Shown here: one piece after another, positions 1 to 12,525 of the stretch
How the letters are laid out: every line of letters starts with the position of its first letter
Position numbering within the stretch: position 1 is the stretch's first letter
Origin: Geosiphon pyriformis uo1
Taxonomy: Eukaryota; Fungi; Glomeromycota
Length of the DNA: 64,000 nucleotides
Assembly: GCA_016748015.1 (NCBI GenBank)
Contig: JAAOMT010000675.1
Location: 891,280 to 955,279, forward strand
Direction: 5' to 3'
The notes under the pieces: model-generated
Told to the model about the DNA's origin: nothing
What the model saw: only the letters and a program-made list of their open reading frames with translations
Databases searched by the model: none
Position numbers and translations under genes: made by a program

Positions 1-2591
1 CAGGATACTACCAACTTGTGGTATCAAAGCTTGGTTAACAAATCTCAAGATTTCAATACATTTAAGCTTGCATTTCTACAATATTTCAGTAATAATAATA
101 GCATCAACCAATTAGCTAACACTTTTTACCACCATCAAATAAGAAAAAAATAAAGCAGTTACTACCTACTTAAAATGCTTTTATAGAAATTTACACCAAA
201 TTCAGACAATCTAAGCCAATTATTTCACAGCACCACAAATTCTAAATCAATTCATTAAAGGCCTGTGCAGTAGTATCCTTCAATGCATATGTCTATTACA
301 TCCAGTAAATCTTCAAGTCACAGTTACAAACACCAGAGACTTTGAAGCAGCTGAACTCGAAACTAATCATGTTCAAGCTGTAAATCTAGTAATAAATGAA
401 TTATTTGATTTGGATTCCAAATTGAAGCAATTCAGTGAATCAATCAATTAGAAATTAGAGGGATACTTAGCTAACAACAATCAGGCAATATATCAACCTC
501 CTTAATAATGTAATAATCAAAGAAACTCTAATCATGTTCAAAATCAACTGCATCTAGCATCATCAACCAATTAACAGTGACAACAGGAAACACATAATTG
601 CCACTATTGTGGAAAACAATAACACTTACAAATTGACTGCCATCATTGCTTAAATAACCAATAATCGGGAAATTAGTATTGAAATTCTAATTACCAGTTT
701 CAAACTCTGAATTATCAACTAAACCCAGAACCATATCATCAAAATTACCTACCAATGATGCAGCAACCAATATATCAACCACCAATATATCAGACTCCAA
801 TATCTGTAATATATTAACCACAGCCACAAGTAATATATCAGCCTTTATAAATTCAAACACCATCACAAAACTTACCTCAAAATGGAATCTAAAGGCTGAG
901 AATAACACAACAAAGCTGGAAATTGGCAATAGTAGTCTATCAACCAATCTCCAGTTCTTCAGTTCAATTATCAGGATCTTGACAGTAGAATTTGGACACC
1001 AGGTACATCCAAAACCTGAATTCTCAACACTATTTAAGCCTTTTAGTAACCCCAGAAAATGCCTTATCCAATAACTTGGAAACCAACCAAACACAACCAC
1101 TCACCAGCAACATATCTCCAATCACTATTACCAATGATAAATCACTAGCAGCAATTTTCTCATTTAAACTTGAAAAACCATCATCTATACCATTGTTCAG
1201 TGGAGCTGTACTCAAAAAAAAACCAATCACCACCATGTACACTAATGTTAAAGTCAATAGTTATTTCATCAAACTGATATTAAATAGTGAGTCAGCAGGC
1301 AGCATTATCACATGACAACTCATGGACCAATTAGGTTACCAAATTAATTGTGCTGTCAATGCCAGAATCATAACAGCTGATAGAATGACTAAAACTCCAA
1401 TTGGCGAGATTAATGACCTCCTCATAGAAGTCAATAACATCATAGTACCAATCAAGATATTAGTCATGGAAACCACTCAGTACTAAGCACTTGTTGGTAA
1501 TAACTGGTTGTCAAAAACCAATACAACACTTGATTGGAATGTACAGAAGCTCTAATTTAGCCAGAATAGTTAACACACACATGTACCAGCCATGTATGGC
1601 CACTTCAAGTCTATCACCATGTTATCAGCACCCCTTATTGAGTTTGACAACAAAGAAAAAAACTTACTTGGAAAACATACCAAATTTTCTGGGCTGATGA
1701 CAATCACAATAAGCTATCACTGATTCTAGACTGAGAAAAAAACACCAAAAAAAAAGAGAAAGAAAAAAAAAAAGACATACTTGAAAAAACCAATGGCAAC
1801 ATAGAAACTAGCAGTTGGTATTCCATAGATATTAGGCCAGAACCATCTTATATTCTCCTCAAGTGCAAAGACTACAAGAAGAAACTGTCTTCCATGGGAG
1901 CTTGGGTTACATCAAATAAAGATTACTGGATGCAAACCCATTACTACTGCAAACCATGCCACTGCAAATGCTATAGTTACCCTAAAAGACAAGACAAGTG
2001 GGACAATGAACTATGTTTCACTTGTGGTAAACAACTATTGGACAAAGGAATGTGGAATGACATTCTTGAACAAAGAGAAATGTGTGACACTTCATGCCAG
2101 TACATAATCCTTATAAGTGACTGGGTCAGTTATGGAACTTCCATTACTACAGTCTGGCACTAAGCAATAACTTGCTTGGATGGTTATTTACATGATAAAA
2201 ATAAGATATGGAGAATGGCAAATACCAAAGTTGAAGAAGCTATGCCCAGCAAAATCTTGGAAATTAAAAATAATCCTTCAAAGCCAGTCAATATCATCCT
2301 AATCTCAAACCCCAATTTTTTTCTTAACATAGAAACAGGTCCAAAAAAGTTTCATGAGCACTATTAAAATTTGATACCAACAAAAAAAGAGCAGAAACAG
2401 CATTTAAAAAAAATAAACACCCAATTATGTGACCACTATTTGATCCCATATGACTTTTAATATTGTAATGAGTGTGACCTCATTTACAATCTACCACCAT
2501 GTATAATCTACACAATTTCGGAAGAAAAAAAACCAATCAGCAGCTGCATATCAGAATTGGAATCAACTTTTAATTCTGATTTAAACTTTAA
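1..2591 (+). mobile_element. Gypsy element A, segment 1: Gag (C-terminal part with CCHC knuckle), protease, Cys-rich module; decayed
   Basis: CHYCGKQ*HLQIDC at ~599-640. KLILNSESAGSII (decayed DSG protease motif) at ~1270-1305. CxxC-rich tract at 1850-2500. Collinear with B and E, and breaks at B's 5' LTR. Confidence 0.92.
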
Positions 2592-3424
2592 TGTTACTTA
2601 TAGAATATAAAAAGTATATTAGCAGATAAATTAGCCAATCAGAAGTAGCCATAGTAAATGTAGAATTCCAAGATTTCTCTCAAAAAAATTGCAGAATTCC
2701 AGAAATTTCAGGATTCTTGTACAAGAAATCACAAAATTCCAGAATTCCAAGATTTTTCTCAAAGAAATTGTAGGATTCCAGGAATTCCAAGATTTCTGGT
2801 GTAAAGAATTGAGGAATTGAGGAATCTCAATTATGTATATATAGCAGTAGCATTAGAAGTAGAAAAAAATATACTTTTTAGTTTAGATTTAATTTAAGCA
2901 ATTTTTTAATTCACAAATATTAATAAAGAGTTATTTGATATTTTAATCTACTTTTTATTATCAACACTTCATGTTAATAATCTCGAATACTTGACCACAC
3001 TGAAACAATAGCTCTTGATCATGGCTATTGACAAGATACTAACAATCATTGTTTTGGCTTATTTCTTTTATTTCATTTTATTTTCTGTTGTTATTTCTTT
3101 TGTGTGTTACTAAATGGATTAAAAAGATTCACACACGAGGGTACTGATGTTAGGATATAGCACTGGTAAAAGACCCAGAAATAAGAGTAGACACTTAGAA
3201 TTGAGGATAACTTACCAAGAAGATTACCAGCCATCATGCTGAGAAAAAAATTGATGAAACTGTGGTTTTGAAAAGCTATGGATAAAAACAACCAATTACA
3301 TCTCTGTTTATTATACAAAAAACTTCATAACAAAACCTTCAGATATCAATGTACCAGAATACCACTCAAGCACTAAGTTATGGGTTGTTATTTACTTTGA
3401 AATCCCAAATAATCACTTGTAACA
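2592..3424 (+). repeat. B 5' LTR
   Basis: tgttac...gtaaca termini; direct repeat of 11733-12525; TATA-like tatatatagcag at ~2836. Confidence 0.95.
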
Positions 3425-3426
3425 TT

Positions 3427-3443
3427 TGGTGCTTCTTGTGAGG
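3427..3443 (+). promoter_or_regulatory. B primer-binding site
   Basis: tggtgcttcttgtgagg 2 nt after the LTR end; begins with TGG, complementary to tRNA CCA. Confidence 0.88.
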
Positions 3444-3449
3444 TATAAT

Positions 3450-6400
3450 TCTACAAAAAACTAGCATCAACAACAATCATCCAAAAGTGGCAGAATTAGA
3501 AAACATAGGAACAAACCATTTAGAATTCACCAAATCTTTGTTCCAACAGTATAGTTAACAACTAGAATTAAACAACAACTATTATTCAGCAGAATTTGCT
3601 TTCAACTTTTATGTTAACAAAAAGATCACAAACTGTTTAGAAGGAATAGTTGACATCAAATCAGCAAGAAAAAACTTTTATACAGAATTATTTCAACATA
3701 CCAGCTTACCAAAAAATTACAGTTTCGCACCAATCATTAGGGAAATCAATCAAATCATTGAAAGGTACACTCAACAACAATTTCTTATTACTTATGCAAA
3801 CAAAGGCAAAGAAAAACTACAAACACCAACAGCGACACCAAAAAAGATCCAACCACCCACATGGAAGAAAACCAAAGTTAAATTACCAAAAAACCCATCA
3901 TATTACTCTACACCCAGAAGTGCCATCAACATTTCATCAATAGGCATGTCCATATCAAACACAACATCAACATTTGGATAACTCCTATTTCAAAGTAAAC
4001 AAAAGAAAGCAAAGTTATTAGGGACCTATGGCAATTATTTTGAAGGATTTAAATTGCAATTAACTACCTCATCAGGATACTAATTACTATCACCTCCACC
4101 AGATTTTAGAATAGCTAATCCATAGAAGGTAATGGAATCAGAAAAGAAGGAAAAAAAAGAAGCCAAAAATCAGGAATTTATTTACCAAAACCCGATTTCA
4201 GAAAACCTGGATATTGAAATTCTGAACTTTCAGACTTAGCAAAATCCAAATTTAGAAAATCCAGAAGTTGAAACTCTGAATATTCAACCACCAAAAAATC
4301 TGAATAATTCCAACTCCAAATTAATTAATCAACCAAATATACCTCCAATAATCATCATCAATTATCCACTAATTAATCTAATAGCTGAGCCTCTACAACT
4401 AAATCAACAAATTCAACAACCTCTTCAACAACCACAACTGCTGCAACAACCATCTCAATAATAAAACGTGAATCTAATGACCTACACTCCAATTGCCAAA
4501 CTTGAAAAATTTACTGGCAAAGAAAATGATGCCCAAGTATAGATCAACAATGTTACTAAAGCCATAATTGCCAATAGCTAGAATAACAATAGAGCCCTTC
4601 AAGCAATTCCTTACTTTCTCTAAGATACCACTGATTCATGATATCAAAATCTAGCAGCCAGACTACAAATCTTTCAGAAATTTAAACTTGAATTCTTAAG
4701 ATATTTTAGTAATAATAATAGCATTAATCACTTGGCCAATATCTTCACCACCATCAAACAGAAAAATACTGAAGCAATTACCACTTACTTGGAATGCTTT
4801 TAGCAAAATCTGTGCCAAATTCAAGCAATTGATACCAACTACTTCACAGAGCCACAAATCTTGAATCAGTTTATCTGTGATCTGTGCAGTAGCATCCTAC
4901 AATACATATGTCTATTACATACAGCCACTCTTTAAGACGCAGTCACATGTGCCAGGAACTTTGAGTCAGCTAAGTTAGAAGCCAATCATGCCCAAGCCAT
5001 AAATCTAGTAATAAATAGATCATCTGAATTGGATTCCAAATTGAAACAATTCAGTAATTCAATTAACCAAAAACTAGAGGAATGTTTAGCTAGCAATAAT
5101 TAGGCAATTTATCAACCCTCTCAATAACACAGTAACCAAGAAGACGTGAATCATTTCCAATATTAGTCATAACCATTATTATCCAATCAGTCATGGCAGT
5201 CAAAGACGCATGTTTACCACAACTGTGAAAGACAAGGCCATCTAAAAATTGACTGCTGATCTAATAATAATAACCAATGATTAGGAAATCAATACAGAAA
5301 CCCCAATTACCAGTTTTAAACCTAAATCCTTACTCAAACCAAAATCAATATCAACCTATTTACTTGCCAATAATACAGCAGCCAATCTATCAACCACCAG
5401 TATATCAAACTTCAATTTATCAGCTGTAGCCAAGTAATATATTAACCGCAGCCACCAGTAATTTATTAACCCCAACAAATTCAAAAACCACCACAAAACT
5501 TACCTCAAAATAGAACACATAGGCCGAGAATGATGCAACAAAACTGGAGATTAGCAATAATATTTTACCAACCAATCTTCAGTTTATCAGCCCAACAATC
5601 AGAATCTTATTAGTAGAATTCAGGCACCAGCCATGTCCAAAACCCAAATTCCCAAAACTATTTAAGTCTCCTAGTTACCTCAGAAGGTGCCCCATCTAAC
5701 AAGCCAGAACCCAACCAAAAGCAGCCACTTATCAGCAATATCCCATTAGCAACTATTTTCAATAACAAATCCCTAGCAGCTATTTTTTTTTTGAACTCGA
5801 GGAAACTACACCAGTCCCATTATTCAGTGAAACTGCTCTTGACACCAAACTGATCACCACCATGTACACTGATACAAAAGTTGATGATCATGTCATCAAA
5901 CTGATCCTAAACAGTGGATCAGCTGGCAGTATCATTACATGACAACTTATAGACCAATTAGGTCACTGAGTTGATTGTGCTGCCAGTGCACACATAATCA
6001 CTATTGATGGAGTAACCAAAACTCCAATTGGTAAGATTGATGACCTCCTTATAGAGATCAATAATATTATTGTGCCAATCAAAGTATTAGTTATAGAAGC
6101 CATCTAATATCAAGTTCTAGTTGGAAACAATTGGCTGTCCAAAACCAATGTGATACTTGACTGGACCATTCAAAAATTGCAAATTAGCCAAAACGGCCAA
6201 CACACATAAGTACCAGCAATGTGCAGTTATTTAAGACCACCAATATGCCAACACTGTTAATAGAACTTGAGGAAAAAGTAAGTAAATCTCTTTGGGAAGC
6301 CTATTAAGTTTCATGGGCTGACGAGAACCACAATGAGCTACTGCTAATACTCTCATAGAACAAACAAGAAAAGGAAAAACACACAGAAAAACTTACCTAG

Positions 6401-9400
6401 AGAACTAACCAAAACACATAAAATAACAACAATTAAAGTAAAATGCTATTGATTCTAGACTGGGAAAAAAAGGATAAAAGAAAAGAGAAAGAAAGGAAGG
6501 AAGATATACCTGAAGAGACCAATAACATCACTATAATAAGCAGTTGTGGAAGTACATACTCAACAGATACCAGACTAGAACCACCTTATATTCTCCTTAA
6601 GTGCAAAGACTGGAAAAAAAAACTGTCTTTCATGGGAGCTTGGATTACACCAAATGAAAATTACTGGATGTGAACACATTACTATTGCAAGCCTTGCCAC
6701 TACAAATGCTATGACTATCCAAAAAGACAAGGCAAGTGGAACAATGAATCATGTCTTACTTGTGGCAAACAACTGCTCAATGAAAGAATGTGGAATAACA
6801 TTTCTGGTCAAGGAGGAATATACGACACTTTATGCCAATACACGATTCTCATCAGTGATTAGATGAGTCATGGTATGTCAATAACTGCCACCTGGCACCA
6901 TGCAATCTCTTGTTTGAATGGTTATCCACATAATAAGAATGAGATCTGGCAGATGGCAAATGCCAAAGTAGAAGGCACTACACCCAATGAAATATTGAAA
7001 ATCAAAAACAATCCTCTGGAACCAGTCAACATTGTTCTGATCCCCAACCTAGATGCTTTTCTGGACCTAAAAACAGGCCCAGAAAAATTTCATGAGCACT
7101 ACCAAAATTTGGCACCAACAAGAGAGGAACAAGAGCAGTATTTGGCCCAAATAAACACTCGACTATGTGACTACTGTTTGATCCCATATGACTTTCAATA
7201 TTGTAATAAGTGTGACTTTATTTACAATTCACTACCACACATGATCTACACAATCTCAGAAGAAAAAGAACCAATCAGCAGCTGCACATCAGAATTAGAA
7301 TCAAAGTTTAATCCCAATTCAAACTTTGACAATAATGATGATAAAAACAATGGTTCTAGCTCTGCTCAATATGGCCATAATAACGACAACAATTTAAACT
7401 CAAATTCAAACTCTAATCTAAACTACAAACAATATATTGCACTCTTGGACCTTACCAAGGAGCAAGAACTGAAATAGTTTAGCAATAACAATAAGAATAT
7501 TATGCCTAAATACATGCATAATACTAATACAGGATTTGATCTAAGGTATCCAGGAAAAAATGCCATCAAATTGAAACCATATTTGTGCACTTACATTGAT
7601 CTCAAAATAGCATTGAAAATTCCAGCAACAACCATGATTCAACTAGCATCCAGAAGTAGTTTAGCAAAAAAAAAATCAACATCAGAGGAGAGATAATTGA
7701 TGCAAGATATGTAGAAAATATCATTGTTATGCTACAAAATGATTCAGAAAAAACCTATATCATAGAGCCAAACAAAAAGATTGCATAGGCAATATTCCTG
7801 TCTTTGGTAAAAATGGCTCAACTAGTATCAGTGAGAAACAGGGAAGAATTGGAGATTACAGCTAGAGAGATACAGGGATTCAAATCCACAGATAGAATAA
7901 ATATACCAGTTAATATGGCAAAAGAAAAAATTATTGACAAGGGAGAAATTATCTCCACTCATCAACCAATTTCCATTCCACTATATGACCAGTACATAGT
8001 AACCATAGAAAAAAAAGTGAAGAATTAGGTTCAAATTTTTAAAGCAGAAACAACCCTTTGTGAATCAAGAAAAATTGGATTAGTCAATCTACACATACCA
8101 GCCAAAAACCACAATCACATCAAAATTTCCATTTACAACAACATGGGAGATATCATCGAGATACTGGAAGAAACTATTATTAGATATTTAACCACCAAAA
8201 TTGAAGAACAATCACCAAACACCATTCCAGACTTTTCACAACTATGCAGATATATGGATATTACATCTCAGACAATATATAGACAAGAAAAATGTTATCT
8301 GCTTCAACCAAAACAATTAGAGCAAATGAACTTGGGAAATCTAGACCCATTACAATATATGCAACTCAAGATGTTATTCAATAACTTCAATGACATCTTT
8401 GCCAATGAAAATGAATTTGGCAGAACTGACATAATTCAACATCAGATCAAGACTGAAGATGTGATGCCAATTAAACAAAGAGCATACAGGATACTACCAG
8501 CCAGCCATGAGATTATTTATCAAGAAATCAATTAAATGCTTGACAATAGGTTAATTCAATCATCAATGAGCTTATGATCATTACCAGTGGTACTAATTTA
8601 TAAAAAAAATGGAAAAATCTGCTTTTGTATGAATTACTGGAAACTGAATGAAGTGACCAAAAGAGATAGCTACCTGACTTTAAAGATCCAAAAATTGTTT
8701 GATGCTTTTGAAGGAAAGAAATGGTTTTTAACATTAGACTTAAACAGTGATTACTGGCAAGTAGCTATGAAACCAGAGGATAAAGAAAAGACAGTGTTTA
8801 TAACTTGAGAAGAAAATTTTGAATTCAAAGTAATACCATTTGGATTGATGAATGCTCCAGCCACATTCCAACAGCTCATGAAAACTGTTTATACTGGACT
8901 ACTGTGGAAATCCATAGTTGTTTACTTAAATAACACAAATGTGTTCTCTAAGACATTTGATAATCATCTATATCATCTTCAACAAGTGTTTGAAAGATTA
9001 AAAAGAGCAAAATTGAAGTTAAATGCAAACAAATATTTCTTTGAAAAAACTGAACTCAAATTTTTGGAACATGTTGTAAGCAAAAATGATATCAAAACAG
9101 ATCCAAACAAGATTGCAATAGTAAAAAACTTTCCAGTACCAACCAACTTGATAGAACTAAGAGCATTTTTGGAATTTACAGGATATTATCGCTGTTTTAT
9201 CAAGAATTTTTCTAAACTGGCTCAGCCACTCCATTATTTACAAACTAAGAATGTAAAATATGAATAAACAGAAACTCAACAAGAAATATTCAACACATTG
9301 AGAAGAAAGCTTATTCAAGCTCCAGATAGAAGAGAACATCTGGTACCTTACATCAGTAGAAGCTTAAGTCCAGCTGAAAAGAACTATAGAACTCCAGCAC

Positions 9401-9633
9401 TGGCACACTTAGCTATCTATTGGGCTGTTATCAAATAGAAAAAATACTTGAGTCAAAAGTTTGATGTGTATACTGATCACAAAGGATTGACTTTAATCTA
9501 GAAACAAAAATTTGCAGATAATTATTATGTTAAATAGAAAATAGAACTTTTACCATTTAATTATACAATGCATTATAAAAAAGGAAAAAAAAATAGAAAT
9601 GCTGACAGATTGTTGCAAATAAAACAAGTTTAA
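3450..9633 (+). pseudogene. B ORF1 polyprotein remnant: Gag, protease, Cys-rich module, dUTPase, dUTPase-like domain, RT, RNase H
   Basis: Capsid-like region from ~4478 and Zn knuckle at ~5215-5256. LILNSGSAGSII at ~5901. RT motifs NAPATFQ and VYLNNTNVF (YLDD decayed). RH YTDHKGL...NAD, then stop TAA at 9631-9633. Many nonsense codons. Confidence 0.9.
7480..7890 (+). pseudogene. dUTPase domain of B
   Basis: Trimeric dUTPase motifs 1-5 recognisable: TGFDL, ASRSSLA, IIDARY(V)ENI, KIA*AIF, AREIQGFKST. Confidence 0.9.
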
Positions 9634-9653
9634 AAACATTTTTCAACCCAAAA

Positions 9654-11035
9654 ATATAACAAAACATAAATATACAAAAATATCAACAACTCCAACATTA
9701 TATAAATATCCAATTGTTCAAGAAGAAATTATCTTAAAAAAAACAAAACAACATAAAACAGCAATTAAAATATTTTATCTACCATCAAAATATACTTTAC
9801 CAGAAGAACAAAAAAAATCCAGATTAGCCAACCAGAGTAATTACAGAACCAGAAAAAGAGACAATATTGTTCAACATGCACTCAGATTCAACAGCAGGAC
9901 ATTTTCATAAAGAAGCAACAATAGAAAGAACCAGAAAAAGATACTATTGGCCATTAATGTATCTAAACATTATCCAATATGTTCAAAATTGTGATGCTTG
10001 TCAGAGAAGAAGAGAAACAAAATCCAGTGAACCATTAAGACCAATCAAAGTGGGACAACCATTTGATCACATTGAAATTGACTTAACCAGACCATTAACA
10101 ATTATCAGCAGAGGCAACAGATATATTGCAATAGTCAGATTATCTTACAAAATGGCCAGAAGCAAAAGCCATTCAAAAGACAGATGCAGAATCTGTTGCC
10201 AAATTCGTTTATTAAGACTTAATTTGTCGACATAGATGTCCAAAAGAATTGTTATTAGATCAAGGAACTCACTTTGTAAATAGAACATTAATGGAATTAA
10301 GTCAAGGATTTGGGATAAAAAGACCATAATTATCACCATATCATCTACAAATAAATGAGCTAGTTGAAAGATTTAACAGAACATTGTGTGAAGCCATTGC
10401 CAAAATCAGCCAAAAAAACCAGGATGAATGAGATTTGATTATACCATCAGTATTATTTGCTTATCAGACAATGAAGCAAGACACTACACAAGCAATATCA
10501 TTCAAATTAGTATATGGTAGAACAGCAACATTACCAGTTAAGATAGAAGTCAAGACATATCCAACAAAATCAATAACAGAGAAAAATTTTCAAAAAACAC
10601 TGTTGAAAAAAACATATGACTTAATAGAGACATTAGAAAACACATGGCAAAAAACAGCTGATAATATCCAAAAAACAAAAAAAAAGACATGATAATTAAC
10701 TACCAGAGAAACCAGTTGAATTTAAGATTGAAGACAAAGTACTTTTGCATTGTACTAAAGCAGAAAAACAATGAAGTAAAAAATTTGACCCCAAATAGGA
10801 CAGACTATTTCACATAAAAGAAATTCTTGAAAATGGAGCTTATAAATTAAGGTTGAACAACAAAATCTTAACCAAGGCAGCACATAGTGATCAACTGAAA
10901 CAATATTTTTATATAGTATTATTATCCACCAGTAATATTCCACAATTAAAGGTACAAAGAATACTAGTCAGACCAGATAAGATTCCACAAAATCAAGAAC
11001 TAATTATAATTATTAAACTGAACATGTAAAATTGA
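9654..11035 (+). pseudogene. B integrase (separate ORF)
   Basis: HHCC (HSDSTAGHF...CDACQ), core (IDL, DQGTHF, LVERFNRTL), C-terminal GAYKL module; no chromodomain seen. Confidence 0.9.
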
Positions 11036-11088
11036 ACAACCAAAAGAATATATAAAGACACAATATATGTAACAAAAGACAACAGAAA

Positions 11089-11717
11089 ATGGAGATTACT
11101 GATAGCATTCACTCATTAGCACAACAATTCTTTCAACTGATCCAACAACAAGAGATGGAAATTACAATCAAGCAATAAACTATCAGATACACACACACCA
11201 AAAGAAGACTACAGGATAAAATAAGAAGAAATACAAAAAACACTATTAACAAAATAATCTCAAAAGTAAAGTTGGCAATAGAAACACAACCAAAAATTAC
11301 TTAATATCAAGAGTTAACTATAGAAACTTGGAATTGGTGAATACAACAATTTCCAAGAAACTTTTGTTACTTTTACTTGGGACAATACATAAACATTAAA
11401 AGTTTATACACGAATAAAACAAAACAATTATTTAATACAACAATACTACAACAACTGGAACATTTTGTGAGAAAAAACAATTTGATTACACAAGCAAGAG
11501 TTATCTATCAGCTACATACTGGATTTTAAGATCAACCAGAAATCTTATTCAATCCAGAAATGAACTCTATTACTATTAACCAGATGGAAAAAATAACAAA
11601 TGCTCAATTTGAAGAATTATAGAACAAGATAGCACAAATAATTTTTGAAAAAAAAATTCAAGAAATACTCAAAGACAGAGAATTAGAAATAGGAGATCTT
11701 AATGGAGCTTAATATTA
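11089..11717 (+). pseudogene. B ORF3, unknown ~200-aa protein between IN and PPT
   Basis: ATG at 11089 (MEITDSIHSLAQQFFQLIQ...FCYFYLGQYINIKSLY...PEILFNPEMNSITINQ); homologues in A, D, E and, distantly, C. Confidence 0.75.
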
Positions 11718-11732
11718 AAAAAGAGGGAATAA
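11717..11732 (+). promoter_or_regulatory. B polypurine tract
   Basis: aaaaaagagggaataa immediately before the 3' LTR. Confidence 0.85.
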
Positions 11733-12525
11733 TATTACTCATAAAATATAGAAAGTATATTAACAAATAAATTAGCCAATCAGAAGTAGCTGTAGTAAAT
11801 GTAAAATTCTAGGATTTCTCTTAAAAGAATTGCAGGATTCCAGGAATTTCAGGATTCTCATACAAGGAATCACAGGATTCCAGAATTTCAAAATTTCTGG
11901 TGTGAAAAATTGAAGAATTGAGAAATCTCAATTATGTATATATAGCAGTAGTGTTAGAAGTAAAAAAAAATATATCTCTTAGTTTAGATTTAATCTAAGC
12001 AATTTTTCAATTCACAAATATTAATAAAGAGTTATTTAATATCTTAATTTACTCTCCACTATCAACACTTTATGTTGATAATCTCAAATACTTGACCACA
12101 CTAGAACAATAACTTTTAATCATGAGTATTGATAAGATACTAACAATTATTGCCTTAGCTTATTTCTTTTATTTCATTTTATTTTCTGTGGTTATTTCTT
12201 TTGTGTATTACTAACTAGATTAAAAAGATTCATGTGCAGAGGTATTGATGTCAGAATATAGCACTGGTAAAAGACCCAGGAATAAGAGTAGACACTTAGA
12301 ATTGAGGATAGCTTATTAGGAGGATTACCAGCCATTACGCTGAGAAAAAAATTGATGAAACTGCAGTTTTAGAAAGCTATAGATAAAAACAACCAATTAT
12401 ATTTCTGTCCATTATACAAAGAACTCTATAACAAAACCTTCAGATATCAACATACTAGAATACCACTTAAGCACCAAGTTATGGGTTGTTATTTGCTTTG
12501 AGACCACAAATAATCACTTGTAACA
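11733..12525 (+). repeat. B 3' LTR
   Basis: tattac (decayed tgttac)...gtaaca; matches the 5' LTR minus one ~40-bp repeat unit. Confidence 0.95.

Larger units (their letters stand above)
2592..12525 (+). mobile_element. Full-length Ty3/Gypsy LTR retrotransposon B (dUTPase-bearing), inserted in A
   Basis: Paired LTRs, PBS and PPT are present, with order Gag-PR-RT-RH-IN. Host A resumes seamlessly at 12526. Decayed 4-bp TSD ttaa (2588-2591)/ctga (12526-12529). Confidence 0.96.

Noticed and set aside
687-1257. Antisense ORFs over TE coding regions (here and throughout)
   Set aside because: Hydrophobic shadow frames of A-rich sense strands, with inconsistent boundaries among sibling elements.
10740-11035. 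Chromodomain at the integrase C-terminus
   Set aside because: After the GPF/GAYKL module only a short low-complexity tail precedes the stop; no chromodomain aromatic pattern is visible.
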